Shown here in pieces: positions 50,220-60,963 of a DNA stretch of 64,000 bases. Position 1 is the stretch's first letter. Each line of letters starts with the position of its first letter. Origin of the DNA: an uncultured Methanolobus sp. (GTDB lineage Archaea > Halobacteriota > Methanosarcinia > Methanosarcinales > Methanosarcinaceae). A program made the position numbers and the translations under genes. The notes beneath the pieces are model-generated. The model did no database searches and was not told the DNA's origin. It saw only the letters and a list, made by a program, of their open reading frames with translations. Where the stretch lies: positions 2,400,001 through 2,464,000 of the forward strand of contig OY776215.1 of assembly GCA_963675495.1 (NCBI GenBank). The letters are read 5' to 3'.

Positions 50220-51803
50220 ATGAAATATATCATAGTGACCGGCGGAGTAATGAGTGGGCTTGGAAAGGGAATTACCACTGCTTCTATTGGGCGTAACCTG
50301 AAGAACAAGGGGCATAAAGTTACGGCCATCAAGATCGATCCTTATATCAACATTGATGCAGGTACTATGAGTCCTTTCCAGCATGGCGAGGTTTATGTTC
50401 TTAAAGATGGAGGTGAGGTAGACCTTGATCTTGGAAATTATGAACGTTTCCTTGATACGGAACTTACAAGGGAACACAACCTGACCACCGGAAAGATCTA
50501 CGAATCTGTGATCTCCAAGGAACGTAGAGGGGAGTATCTGGGAAAGACCGTACAGATAATTCCTCACATAACCAATGAGATCAAGGACAGGATTCGCAGA
50601 GTTGCTGCAAAGAGTGGCGCTGATATTTGTATGATAGAAGTCGGTGGTACAGTTGGTGACATTGAAAGTATGCCTTTCCTGGAAGCTGTAAGACAGATGC
50701 ACAGGGAGGAGCCAAAGGAAAATCTAGCATTTGTGCACGTGACCCTTGTTCCCATGGATGCGCAAGGTGACCAGAAAACAAAGCCAACACAACATTCTGT
50801 AAAAGAGTTAAGGCAGCTAGGTCTCAAACCTAACATCATAGTTACCAGATGTAAGGAACCCTTGCTTGAAGGCACAGTCTCTAAAATATCGCATTTCTGC
50901 GATGTATCCGAGGAAGCGGTCATAAGTGCTCATGATGCAAAGGATATTTATGAAGTACCTCTTATGATGGAGGAAGAAGGACTCACTGATTTTTTGGTGA
51001 AACATCTGGACCTGAGTTCTTCAGGAGCAGATGATGCCTGGGCTAAGATGGTTGACAGAATGCACAATCTTAAAGGTGAGGTGAAAATAGGCATTGTTGG
51101 AAAATACACCCATCTTGAAGATTCATACCTGAGTATAAGTGCTTCTATCAAACATGCTGCCATCGAGTGTGGTGTTAATTACGAAGTATGCTGGATAACT
51201 GCGGAATCCTTTGAAGAAGAGCCTGATACAATATCATGTCTTTCAGAATATGATGGTATACTGGTTCCCGGTGGTTTTGGGGAAAGAGGCACTGAAGGTA
51301 AGATTAAAGCCATACAGTACGCCAGAGAGAACGATATCCCGTATCTTGGTCTTTGTCTTGGAATGCAGTTGTCTGTAATAGAGTTTGCCAGAAATGTGGC
51401 AGGTCTTGAGAATGCCAACAGCACAGAATTTGATGAAAACACACCGTATCCTGTGATAGATATACTTCCTGAACAGGAAAATGTAGTTGACATGGGTGCA
51501 ACTATGAGACTTGGCGATTACTATGCAGACTTAAAAGCAGGTTCACTTGCCGAGAGTATTTACGGCCAGTCCCAGATAATAGAACGTCACAGGCATAGGT
51601 ATGAAGTAAATCCTAATTATGTCGAAAAGATAGAAAACCACGGAATGGTTTTTTCCGGTAAGAACAGGAACAGAATGGAAATCGCTGAGATTCCCGGTAA
51701 GAAATTCTTCTTTGGATCACAATTTCATCCGGAATTTAAATCCCGCCCTGGAAATCCATCACCACCTTTCAAAGCTTTCATTCAGGCAATGATAGGGAAG
51801 TAA
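50220..51803 (+). CDS. pyrG: CTP synthase
   Basis: [35 protein letters not shown]. Confidence 0.99.
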   Translation: MKYIIVTGGVMSGLGKGITTASIGRNLKNKGHKVTAIKIDPYINIDAGTMSPFQHGEVYVLKDGGEVDLDLGNYERFLDTELTREHNLTTGKIYESVISKERRGEYLGKTVQIIPHITNEIKDRIRRVAAKSGADICMIEVGGTVGDIESMPFLEAVRQMHREEPKENLAFVHVTLVPMDAQGDQKTKPTQHSVKELRQLGLKPNIIVTRCKEPLLEGTVSKISHFCDVSEEAVISAHDAKDIYEVPLMMEEEGLTDFLVKHLDLSSSGADDAWAKMVDRMHNLKGEVKIGIVGKYTHLEDSYLSISASIKHAAIECGVNYEVCWITAESFEEEPDTISCLSEYDGILVPGGFGERGTEGKIKAIQYARENDIPYLGLCLGMQLSVIEFARNVAGLENANSTEFDENTPYPVIDILPEQENVVDMGATMRLGDYYADLKAGSLAESIYGQSQIIERHRHRYEVNPNYVEKIENHGMVFSGKNRNRMEIAEIPGKKFFFGSQFHPEFKSRPGNPSPPFKAFIQAMIGK

Positions 51804-51835
51804 GATCAAAATTCAATTTGAAAGTAAGAAAGATG

Positions 51836-51856
51836 AAGCCCACTCTAAGTGGGCTT
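51836..51856. terminator. Hairpin between convergent pyrG and truD
   Basis: AAGCCCACT-CTA-AGTGGGCTT perfect 9-bp stem. Confidence 0.65.
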
Positions 51857-53168
51857 AGCTCATTTTCAATGGTTCAACTTTCATGTATTCCCTGAGAACA
51901 GTTGTTGCATAACTTCCCTTTGGCAAAGAAAAAGTGAGTATTGCCTTGCTTTTTCCAGGGTTTAGTTCGTCTTCTCCGGTTTCAAATACAGGATCGCAGT
52001 AGAGTAACATTTCCCTGCGTAGTCCTTTTGATGCAAGAGCCGACATTTGTTTCATCCGGAATGCTTCCTGTGCCATACCAGTTTCATTATATATCTCTTT
52101 TTCAATATCCCCCGGAACATTGGATGCGAATTCAGTATTGTATCCTACCAGAGGTGCAGTCACAAATGCTCTCCTTCTTCTCAGGAGATTGTTCATGCCG
52201 TCTACATTATCCTCGGTGGACTTCTGCATCTTTGTGACATCAGGCAGACCTTCCTTATTCTTGAAACAGATAATGTCTCCCGGGCGGGCTTCATCAAGGG
52301 GAAGTCCGAGTTCTATTCTTTTACAGATTATGCGGTTGAAGATGTATGATTGGTAAGCGTGTATGAACATCCTGCTGATGTTTTCAGAAAGCACACTAAA
52401 TGACCCCGTAAAATCTCCTGGATTTTCCACAAGGTAATGCATCATTGCCCTCTCATATCTGAGTCGTAATGGATATGTTTTAAGTCCTTCCACAAAATCC
52501 CTGGTTTCACATACATGATCTCTAGCTTCTTTCACGTCATCCTGTTCATCAGGAAAGGACTGTGCAATATATATAAGTGAAGCTTTTTCAAAATCACCTT
52601 GAAGAAGCTGTTCTCCAACCATGTGCGTAATAGGTCTGATGGCACCGAACCTCTGGATCCCAAAAAAGTTAGGAACACCGCCAAACGTATTTATCTCATC
52701 TGTTGTTCTTTTGAGATTTTCTTCCAGTTCATCAGGTTTAAGATCAATATCTCTTATGGTAATACGGAATTCATTACCGTACAGGTCACCAAGTCCAAGA
52801 GACCTGTTTGACCTTCCTATGATTTTTAGTTCTACGTCTTTGAGGTAGAAGTTCTCAATATCTTCTTCCGACATATCGTATATGCTGATCTTCTGGGTTG
52901 TCTTTGCCCTTTTATCCTTCGTACCGGCAAACCCGATTCTCTTCTGGCTGATACCAAGTTTACGTGACATATCTCTAATAAGATGATGCATATCCCAGTT
53001 GGTCTTGGTTATCTCCAGGACAAGGTACTTTCCGCTGTCACCTTCTTCACGGTTTGTTATTTCCCTGACAATAAAATCATCTGTTTCCTGTCTAAGTACG
53101 CCTCCAATTCCATTGGTATCTGTACAGTACAGGTCTATTCCCATCTTTCTTTCAACTGCTGGTATCAT
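51855..53168 (-). CDS. truD: tRNA pseudouridine(13) synthase
   Basis: FAGTKDKRA.T.Q, GNEFRI, PNFFGIQRFG, LPKGSYAT. Confidence 0.97.
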   Translation of the reverse strand: MIPAVERKMGIDLYCTDTNGIGGVLRQETDDFIVREITNREEGDSGKYLVLEITKTNWDMHHLIRDMSRKLGISQKRIGFAGTKDKRAKTTQKISIYDMSEEDIENFYLKDVELKIIGRSNRSLGLGDLYGNEFRITIRDIDLKPDELEENLKRTTDEINTFGGVPNFFGIQRFGAIRPITHMVGEQLLQGDFEKASLIYIAQSFPDEQDDVKEARDHVCETRDFVEGLKTYPLRLRYERAMMHYLVENPGDFTGSFSVLSENISRMFIHAYQSYIFNRIICKRIELGLPLDEARPGDIICFKNKEGLPDVTKMQKSTEDNVDGMNNLLRRRRAFVTAPLVGYNTEFASNVPGDIEKEIYNETGMAQEAFRMKQMSALASKGLRREMLLYCDPVFETGEDELNPGKSKAILTFSLPKGSYATTVLREYMKVEPLKMS

Positions 53169-53179
53169 TTTAAATCATC

Positions 53180-54358
53180 CTAATTTTGGGGTGCGATATC
53201 GATCACTGTGACTTTGCTGGTGTTCAGGAAAGTCCATCCATCGTCAGTTGGGGCTGTTCCTCCTGCTAGCCCTCCTGCATATATACTGGACGTAGGGTCC
53301 AGCATCAACCACGAACCATACTCATCTGTAGCATAATATATTGGTACAGGTCCGTAGTATTCTCCGATTGCAGTTCCGATATCTTCTGTATTGTTTCCTA
53401 CATATACTGCTGCAAAGGCATGGGTGTCTGTCAGGTAGATCCTTGAGGTTCCGCCGATGGATTCTACCAATGATGCCAGAAGGATCGCATAGTCGTCACA
53501 ATCTCCTGCACCTATTTTCAAAGTGTCACCCGGAGTGGACCACAGATCTTTTCCTCTGGGATCGCTGATGTATTGTATGTTCTTTTTTGTATCATCGAAT
53601 AACGAGCATATCTGGTATATGTTGTATTGCCCTGGGTATTTTTTTGCAGATGCTGCAGCAATTGTCCGCACTTCCAGATCAAATGGTTCTATTTTATCAT
53701 TTATCTGAGTGAATATACTCTCGGGGTTTAATGCGTATTCTGGCTCCTGAATTATAGCTTTATCCGAAACTTCAATTACGATCTCTTCAAAGTATTGTTT
53801 CTTGTAATCATGCCAGGTGTCTGATTTCGTCTGCACAAACAAGGACATCTGTGGCTGGAGTTCAAGCTCTTCAATATTTTCGGGAACATCTATTGATATG
53901 GTTCCAATATTCTTTTCTTCCCCGGGAAGTATGGTTATGCCTGCTTCATGCGAAGCAAGCTCCTTTTCTGCTATTAAGTAAAAACCGAACTGGTATATGT
54001 AAACAGGTGTATTGCCACTGTTTTTGACATATACGCTGACAACACTCTCACTTCCTTCGTAAAATTCAGTATAGTAGTAGTAACTTGAAACCTCAAAACC
54101 AGGTAAATGGCTTGATAATTCATCTGGCGTATCTTCATAGAATGATATTGGAGTAGCTGGAATAATGGGTATTGTCAGTTCATCGGTATTTATTTGATAA
54201 TAGTCCTCTCCCTGGAACAATTTAACAGAGGATGGGTTGAAAATATCCCCTACTTTGTTAAGTGGTTCGGAAAGGCACCCTGCTGACAGGGTCATCCCAA
54301 TTAATGTTACATATAATATTGCATGCAATATCCAATTATTTTTCCCCAGTTTTTTCAT
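53180..54358 (-). CDS. Lipoprotein with transglutaminase-like domain
   Basis: LSAGC lipobox; GDCDDYA, HAFAAV, WLMLDPT (Cys-His-Asp). Confidence 0.85.
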   Translation of the reverse strand: MKKLGKNNWILHAILYVTLIGMTLSAGCLSEPLNKVGDIFNPSSVKLFQGEDYYQINTDELTIPIIPATPISFYEDTPDELSSHLPGFEVSSYYYYTEFYEGSESVVSVYVKNSGNTPVYIYQFGFYLIAEKELASHEAGITILPGEEKNIGTISIDVPENIEELELQPQMSLFVQTKSDTWHDYKKQYFEEIVIEVSDKAIIQEPEYALNPESIFTQINDKIEPFDLEVRTIAAASAKKYPGQYNIYQICSLFDDTKKNIQYISDPRGKDLWSTPGDTLKIGAGDCDDYAILLASLVESIGGTSRIYLTDTHAFAAVYVGNNTEDIGTAIGEYYGPVPIYYATDEYGSWLMLDPTSSIYAGGLAGGTAPTDDGWTFLNTSKVTVIDIAPQN

Positions 54359-54389
54359 GCTAAACTCCAATGTAGCATAAGGTCCAAAC

Positions 54390-54737
54390 TCAGAGCAGCT
54401 TCAAATTTCCTGTGACCTTATCGAGTTCATCTGCCTTTGCGGGTCCTATGCCAAGTACTGTAACAGTTCCCGGTGAAATCTCAGTAAGTCCTGCGTCCTG
54501 TATAAGTGCAGTAGGAAGTCCCTGTCTTCTTGCTACTTCTTTTAGCTGGAACATGTCTTTTAATGCTGTCACTCTAAGGACCACTTTTTTTTGGCCACCT
54601 TCTTTCCACTTATCGAGGGTTGTACGGTCTGCCCATTCAGAAGCAGATACTGCTGCGTGTGCAACCTGAACAGCAAGTTTTCCTTTTGATAATTTGAGGT
54701 CATCCCTGATAACAATACATTGTTTATATTCGGTCAT
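54390..54737 (-). CDS. pth2: Peptidyl-tRNA hydrolase Pth2
   Basis: [35 protein letters not shown]. Confidence 0.97.
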   Translation of the reverse strand: MTEYKQCIVIRDDLKLSKGKLAVQVAHAAVSASEWADRTTLDKWKEGGQKKVVLRVTALKDMFQLKEVARRQGLPTALIQDAGLTEISPGTVTVLGIGPAKADELDKVTGNLKLL

Positions 54738-54759
54738 TGTTCTTCCTGATCCCAGATAT

Positions 54760-55674
54760 TTATAGCCGGTTTTCAATGGTATCTATCATATGCTCTGCTA
54801 CATTGATATTCAGAGACTTATATATGCCTGCTCCTGATGGAGTTGCATTTACTTCCAGAACAAAACACCCTTTTTCCCCTTCAATAATATCTACACCAGC
54901 AAATACTGCTCCTATGGCTTTAGCAGCACCAATGCACATTTCTTCCTGTTCCTTTGTAAGTTTACATTTCTGGGGGGTGCCGCCCTGACTCAGATTGTTC
55001 AGCCACCAGCCATCCGGTGCTTTTCTATAGATGGCACCTATGACTTTCCCGTCAACAACAAATGCACGAATATCCTGTCCGGGATTTTCTATGAACTCCT
55101 GTATATAAACCATTCCTTTTTCATTTATTGAGCCGGAAATTAGGTCATATACTGTTGTTTTTTCAGGAGTTCCATCTGGTCCTACCACTTTATTATTTTT
55201 TATGCGTTTGATATCTATCCCCTTATATCCGAACACTGGTTTAATTACAGCATCTTCCCAGGTTTCTAACCTCTTAAGGGCTGGTTCTACATCCTGTGTG
55301 ACGAAGGTCTCAGGTGTATTGATCCCGGCTTTTGATATCAGACAGCTTGCATAGAACTTATTTGCTGCATTCTGTATGGCAGCAGGAGGATTAATCATGA
55401 TGACTCCGCTTTCCTCCAGTTCACGGAGGACATCAAAGCGGAACACATGAGCATCGTTCGTTCCTGGTCCCATGTCCCTTATGATAATTGCGTCCAGCTC
55501 AGACAGGTTAATCATGTCTGCACGATGCTCAATATCTTTCCCAATGAAAGTTTCCAGCTTTCCAAGATTCGGGGAAAAAGTTTCAAATCCTTTTTTTCTG
55601 GCTTCCCGTATAAGCGCATCTGCAGTCCAGTCATTTTGATCTGTAACAACTATTCCCAGTTTTTTCATGTGCAT
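54760..55674 (-). CDS. mptN: RimK-family ATP-grasp ligase, tetrahydromethanopterin:alpha-L-glutamate ligase
   Basis: [53 protein letters not shown]. Confidence 0.8.
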   Translation of the reverse strand: MHMKKLGIVVTDQNDWTADALIREARKKGFETFSPNLGKLETFIGKDIEHRADMINLSELDAIIIRDMGPGTNDAHVFRFDVLRELEESGVIMINPPAAIQNAANKFYASCLISKAGINTPETFVTQDVEPALKRLETWEDAVIKPVFGYKGIDIKRIKNNKVVGPDGTPEKTTVYDLISGSINEKGMVYIQEFIENPGQDIRAFVVDGKVIGAIYRKAPDGWWLNNLSQGGTPQKCKLTKEQEEMCIGAAKAIGAVFAGVDIIEGEKGCFVLEVNATPSGAGIYKSLNINVAEHMIDTIENRL

Positions 55675-55731
55675 TCCTTAAGTATCCTGTATTATTAGAC
55701 TTATTGCCATTATTAGATTAAGACTTCTGCT

Positions 55732-56403
55732 TTACTCCTCGTTACATTTTCTGTAGATACATGCAGGAATATCAATAACATTCTTTACAGAATCGATAAT
55801 AATTCCGTCAGCTGTGGCGATGACATATGAAGGTTGGCAGTTCTTTAGGTCATAGTCTACATTTCTTGATGTTTTTGCCTCTCCTTTTATTGACAGTTCC
55901 TTCATTCTCTTTCTGATGAATGCTGCCAGCTCTCCACTGTGCTTCATCTGGCTATCCAGAAGCACATCCGTTTTCTTTACATCAGCATTTAAAAGGAAGG
56001 ACAGCATCTCTTCAACAGCCTGGAATGTAAGCTTTTCATTGCTGTGGTTATTAAAAACTCCCTGTATATCCCGCAGGAATGAATCATCTGCGATCCACAT
56101 TCTTTCCCCACCGAGCATACTTTCCAGTGTAATAAGTACATTGTACCCATCTACAAGGAGTGTTTTTCCTTTCAGTTCCTCGCAGTGTAGTTTCTTTTTT
56201 TTGCGAGCCTTTGAGGTGTGGGATGAAAAAACCGTACGTGCAAGTATATATCTATCATATTTATCGAGTCTGTAATGATCACCGGCAAACCTTATTGAAC
56301 TATTTCTTTTGTATCCTCTCTCAAGAAGATAGCGAATATCCGTTGCAGCATCATTCATCCTTTTTTGCTGGATGTCTTTTGATTCGGAGTCTTCTTCGAT
56401 CAT
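55732..56403 (-). CDS. DUF434-family protein
   Basis: DIRYLLERGY, GDHYRL, VDGYNVLITLES, LRDI, IATAD..IID. Confidence 0.85.
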   Translation of the reverse strand: MIEEDSESKDIQQKRMNDAATDIRYLLERGYKRNSSIRFAGDHYRLDKYDRYILARTVFSSHTSKARKKKKLHCEELKGKTLLVDGYNVLITLESMLGGERMWIADDSFLRDIQGVFNNHSNEKLTFQAVEEMLSFLLNADVKKTDVLLDSQMKHSGELAAFIRKRMKELSIKGEAKTSRNVDYDLKNCQPSYVIATADGIIIDSVKNVIDIPACIYRKCNEE

Positions 56404-56640
56404 TCGATATCTATCTGTAATTCTGTATTTCAGAAGAATTATATGTGTCGGAATAGTGGAGATTTAAACGTTAGTATGCGAGCATGAATTATTGGCTATG
56501 GTTCCTGTTGGCTATCATTTATTCTTGTTCTTTATATTCGGGTTCCATTTATATAGCTTAAATAATATACTGTCTGTGAACATTGATATCTGTTCGTCTG
56601 GTCAAATAGACGCTAACAGAACTTTTTACGAGTGACAGGG

Positions 56641-58287
56641 ATGAATAGAGAAAAAAAGGGAAAAGTGCTGATAGTCGATGACGAATCACTGAACGTCAAG
56701 CTGCTTGAAGCTTATCTCATGCATGAATACGATATAATTTCCGCATCTGGTGGAATTGAGGCGCTGGAAAAAGTGGAGTTACATAGTCCGGACCTTATTC
56801 TGCTTGACTTGATGATGCCTGATATCACTGGTTATGAAGTATGCAAAACATTGAAAGATTCGGAAAAGACCCGCTTTATTCCTATTATAATGGTCACAGC
56901 CCTTTCCAGTCTGGAAGATCGTATAAAAGGTATCAATGTCGGTGCAGATGACTTTTTAACAAAGCCACTTGACAGGATCGAGATTAAGACGAGGGTAGGT
57001 TCTCTTTTAAGAATCAAGAAACTTCATGATGAGCTTGTGGCTGAAAGGGATCAGGCACAGAATTATCTCGATCTTGCAGGAGTAATGCTTCTCGTTCTTG
57101 ACGAAAACGGTATTATCCAGTTAATCAACAGGAAAGGTTGTGAAATACTTGGATACGGTGAAGATGAGATTATTGGGAATGATTGGTTTGATAGCTACGT
57201 GCCTGATATTTTCAGAGAAAATGCCAGAGACGCATTTAACAAGTTAATATCTGGTGAAAGCACTGGAAACGGAGATTTCGAAATACCATTTCTCAACAAC
57301 AAACAACAAAAAAGGATAATGAGCTGGAGCAATATTGCTACAAATGGCCCAGGATCTAATGTAAATGGCTTGCTTATTTCAGGTGAGGATATTACAGAAA
57401 GACTTGAAGCTGAATCTAAAATAAGAAGGGCAAACGAATATTTAGATAATCTTTTAAAAGCATCACCAATTGCAATATTGTCTCTTGACAACAAAAAAAG
57501 GATCATTACTGCAAATAAAAATGCTGCAGATCTCCTTGGTTATTTAGTTAGTGAGCTAATTGCCAGACCTATAAGGGATTTTGCAGAAACTGTTGATCTG
57601 CTGGATTTTGCTGACAAAAAAGATTTTGAGATGATATTTTTCACAAAACATGGTGAAAAGGTCAGAATGAATGTTTCAACTTCTCTTCTTACAGATGAGG
57701 ATGGGGAACAGGGACTCATTGTTACATTACAGGACCGTTCCCGGTTAAGAGGAATATTCATCACTCCTCTTACTGAAGATGTTGAAGGGAACCCGATGAA
57801 TAATGAAGTCGAGATGGAAAGTGGTTATACATATCTTTCAGACTGTGAGGACCCTGTAAAAAGTTACAAGTTGTTCTCTGATCTTGTCAGGAGTGGAAAA
57901 CCAGGTCTTTGTATTACAAGACATAACCCGGATAAGATTCGCAACACGTATGGTATCGCAAAGACACCAATTGTCTGGCTGACAAAAAACAAGATGAATG
58001 GTCAACAATCTATCGATTCAACTGAACTTTTCAAGATATATCCTACAATAGCTGATTTTGTTAGTAAGATAGATGATGGTGTCGTTCTAATGGATGGTCT
58101 GGAGTATTTGATACTTGATAATGACTTTCTCTCTGTGGTGAAACTGATAGAGCAGACCAATGATGCTATTATGGCTTCCAGTTCAAGAATGGTTTTACAG
58201 CTTGATGCAAATGTACTGGATAAGAAGGAGTTCCACTTGCTTAAAAGGTGGATGAGATCTGCATCCGGAGATTCTATCTGTTTATAA
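56641..58287 (+). CDS. Response regulator with REC, two PAS and C-terminal DUF835 domain
   Basis: LIVDD/LLDLMMP/KP receiver; two PAS; GLCITRHNP..WLT..VVLMDGLEYLILDNDF. Confidence 0.88.
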   Translation: MNREKKGKVLIVDDESLNVKLLEAYLMHEYDIISASGGIEALEKVELHSPDLILLDLMMPDITGYEVCKTLKDSEKTRFIPIIMVTALSSLEDRIKGINVGADDFLTKPLDRIEIKTRVGSLLRIKKLHDELVAERDQAQNYLDLAGVMLLVLDENGIIQLINRKGCEILGYGEDEIIGNDWFDSYVPDIFRENARDAFNKLISGESTGNGDFEIPFLNNKQQKRIMSWSNIATNGPGSNVNGLLISGEDITERLEAESKIRRANEYLDNLLKASPIAILSLDNKKRIITANKNAADLLGYLVSELIARPIRDFAETVDLLDFADKKDFEMIFFTKHGEKVRMNVSTSLLTDEDGEQGLIVTLQDRSRLRGIFITPLTEDVEGNPMNNEVEMESGYTYLSDCEDPVKSYKLFSDLVRSGKPGLCITRHNPDKIRNTYGIAKTPIVWLTKNKMNGQQSIDSTELFKIYPTIADFVSKIDDGVVLMDGLEYLILDNDFLSVVKLIEQTNDAIMASSSRMVLQLDANVLDKKEFHLLKRWMRSASGDSICL

Positions 58288-58399
58288 AGAATTGAACCAT
58301 ATTCCGGTAATTATATAGTTTTCTCCATTAAACATTTATATTATTTTAACTCTATTATTATTACTTCTTCTTTAAATGTATGAAAGAAAGAGGGGTATA

Positions 58400-59098
58400 A
58401 TGCGATTTGTGGACACTATAGATGGTTTGAATGAGGTTTTTGAGACTGATATACCCAAAAACAGTGTTGTGCTTGTAACCGGTGCAGCAGGTACTTTAAA
58501 GTCAGGTTTTACTTTCCAGGTTCTTTCTAATTATCTGGAACAGCAGGGTGAATATGGGTTATATGTGACATTTGAGCAAAGCAAAGAGAATCATCTTCAG
58601 AATATGAATAGCATGGGGATTACCCTCTCTAAAAAGCTACATATTTCAGATTTTAGTGACTACAGGGTCATTTATGATGATTTTTCAGATGACCTTTTGA
58701 CTATTCTGGAGGAGAATATACTTAAGTTCAAAAAGGAAATCGGAGAAAAATGCACATGTGTAGCTATAGATTCCCTTGGTGCGCTATACTCTCTTTTGAA
58801 TGTAGAGCCTCAGGACTTAAGAAAAAAAATGTATAAAATGCTTGAAACCCTGAGACGCGAGGAACTCACTACATTTCTCATCCTTGAAGAAGAGAAACTA
58901 TCCGGTATATTTGATCCATCAACTGGTATGGAAGGTTACCTTGCAGATGGTATAATTGAGTTGGGACTGCACCTTAAAGGTAATGTTGCAAACAGGTATC
59001 TTAGAGTAAGAAAAATGCGTTCTGCTTCTCATAGTATGGAACCCTGGATTTTGACAGTATCAGAAAATGGCCTAAAAGTCTACAAGGGTAATTTCTGA
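58400..59098 (+). CDS. KaiC-like (RecA superfamily) ATPase
   Basis: GAAGTLKS Walker A-like, YVTFEQS, VAIDSL, YLADGIIEL, VRKMR. Confidence 0.88.
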   Translation: MRFVDTIDGLNEVFETDIPKNSVVLVTGAAGTLKSGFTFQVLSNYLEQQGEYGLYVTFEQSKENHLQNMNSMGITLSKKLHISDFSDYRVIYDDFSDDLLTILEENILKFKKEIGEKCTCVAIDSLGALYSLLNVEPQDLRKKMYKMLETLRREELTTFLILEEEKLSGIFDPSTGMEGYLADGIIELGLHLKGNVANRYLRVRKMRSASHSMEPWILTVSENGLKVYKGNF

Positions 59099-59160
59099 AA
59101 ATCGGATACGAATATTTTTATATATTCCATACTAAGCATATTGTTGCTATTAATAGGGGT

Positions 59161-59589
59161 GTGAAGGATATGTTCTCAGAATTCAATAATGCTTTTATGA
59201 ATCTATTGTTACAATTTCTGTCTGTTATTATACTGGCCATTGCCCTGTCCCAGGTATCGAAAGATCCTTCCGGGAAGCATTGCAACCTTGTAAGTGTTGC
59301 TGTATTGCTTCAATTTCTCTCTATAATTGCGTTCATGTTCCCTTCTATGTCAACACTTAATGAGATTGGTGTAGGCTCTTTCCTGAAGACCCAGATGTAT
59401 CTTCATCATTTTGCAGGCTTGCTGGTTATTTTTTTCTCAATATACATCAAACTTGCAGTTGATGGCAGGATAAGATCCATCGTGAATCCGTTCAATCTCA
59501 TGAAAATAACCCTTGCAATATGGGTGCTTGTTTTCATCGGTGGCATCAGTCTTTATCTTTCGCTCTGGGAAGGCATATCGTTTTTCTGA
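59161..59589 (+). CDS. Hypothetical 4-TM membrane protein
   Basis: Four hydrophobic segments, His at KHCN and LHHFAG. Confidence 0.75.
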   Translation: MKDMFSEFNNAFMNLLLQFLSVIILAIALSQVSKDPSGKHCNLVSVAVLLQFLSIIAFMFPSMSTLNEIGVGSFLKTQMYLHHFAGLLVIFFSIYIKLAVDGRIRSIVNPFNLMKITLAIWVLVFIGGISLYLSLWEGISFF

Positions 59590-60951
59590 CTAACGTCTGT
59601 CTACGATACGTTTTGGTCTTCCCTTGACACGGTAGAAGTCCAGCTCCCCGGGTTTTACGTAGTTAAAGAGAATGTTCAGACTTCCGTCAATATATGAATT
59701 TTCCAGGTTTTTCTTATAGGCAAAAAAAGACCTGAGGAAATTTTCTTTTATCAGTTCTTCATCACATTTCAGAAGATCATTGCACTCCATGCCGACTCTA
59801 AGGGTTGTTTCTCCCTCATCATCCCCACCATAAAGGAATGCCTCATATTCGCCGGTCAGGTACTCCATGTTCTCTCTCTGGAATACACCTTTTTCGACAT
59901 CGACACGATTAAAAGGGGTTCCTGATATCCAGAAAGTTTCCGCTTCCCTTTCAGGAGTCATTATCTTCATATGGGTCCTTCCACAGGCGCACTCGTCACG
60001 GTTAAGCACTACGGTCGTATCTTCAGTATCATAGTTAAGAAGTACGTTTGCACTCTTGGCTCCAACAGGTAACAACGTTGTAAGTACAACCCTGCCGCAT
60101 TCCCCGTCCTTCACAAATTTATCCATATGCGGGTCATATACATCCAGGTGAACAAGGTCCTCGGGAACATGCAAACCACTTATGTCCGTGCATTCTCCAC
60201 ACATGGTCCCTTCGGTGCTTCCGTATGTGTTGTAGACTTCACAATCCCATATTTCCGCAACGTATTTTCTTGATTCTTCCGCAAAGCTTTCTCCACCTAT
60301 AACAAGACGTTCAATGCTGGATCTTGCAGGATCCATTCCCTGTTCTTTCATTCTTTTTGCAAGATGTATCAGCTTGAAGATGCTTCCAACAATGGAAGTT
60401 GGTTTGTATGCTTCCATGATCCTGACGGGGAAAGTACATTTCCCTTCGGGGATGATGGTCATTCCAATATTTCTGGCTGCAAGTGTCATTGTGTTTGCAC
60501 CTACATTCATTCCATAGGAGGCACAAACAATAACGCGGTCGTTCGTTCCAAATCCCTGTGACTGGAAGCTTCTGGCATATTTTTCTGCATATCTTTCCCA
60601 GTCCTCCCATGTAAGGAAAAATGATTTTGGTGTTCCGCTGGTGCCGCTGGTTTCGTGTACTGTGAACACATCTTTCCAGTCCACCATCCTGAATCCGAAA
60701 TCATCTTTCACAGGTGGCTGATTTTCACGAATGGTGTTCCCGGATATGATAGGAAGTTCAAGGAGATCTTCATGTGACCTGATGTCAGAAGGTTTAACAC
60801 TGTGCTCTCTAAACCATTTCTTGTAGAACAATGAATTCTCTGATGCATATTTAACAGTGTACTTGATCCTTTCATCCACAAGGGAATCAAGTTCACTTCT
60901 ATCCATGGTTTCAATATCCGGGTTGTAGAATTTTCTGTTTGACATATTCAT
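59590..60951 (-). CDS. ftsA: Coenzyme F390 synthetase (PaaK-like adenylate-forming enzyme)
   Basis: HETSGTSGTPKSFFLTWEDW, SYGMNVGA, YGSTEG, KGRPKRIVDRR. Confidence 0.8.
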   Translation of the reverse strand: MNMSNRKFYNPDIETMDRSELDSLVDERIKYTVKYASENSLFYKKWFREHSVKPSDIRSHEDLLELPIISGNTIRENQPPVKDDFGFRMVDWKDVFTVHETSGTSGTPKSFFLTWEDWERYAEKYARSFQSQGFGTNDRVIVCASYGMNVGANTMTLAARNIGMTIIPEGKCTFPVRIMEAYKPTSIVGSIFKLIHLAKRMKEQGMDPARSSIERLVIGGESFAEESRKYVAEIWDCEVYNTYGSTEGTMCGECTDISGLHVPEDLVHLDVYDPHMDKFVKDGECGRVVLTTLLPVGAKSANVLLNYDTEDTTVVLNRDECACGRTHMKIMTPEREAETFWISGTPFNRVDVEKGVFQRENMEYLTGEYEAFLYGGDDEGETTLRVGMECNDLLKCDEELIKENFLRSFFAYKKNLENSYIDGSLNILFNYVKPGELDFYRVKGRPKRIVDRR

Positions 60952-60963
60952 CAGCCTTACTCT

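Noticed and set aside
50169-50702. Long antisense or alternate-frame ORFs (e.g. 50169-50702, 32573-33121, 36497-36967, 13783-13968)
   Set aside because: Shadows of well-supported genes on the opposite strand, with no motifs
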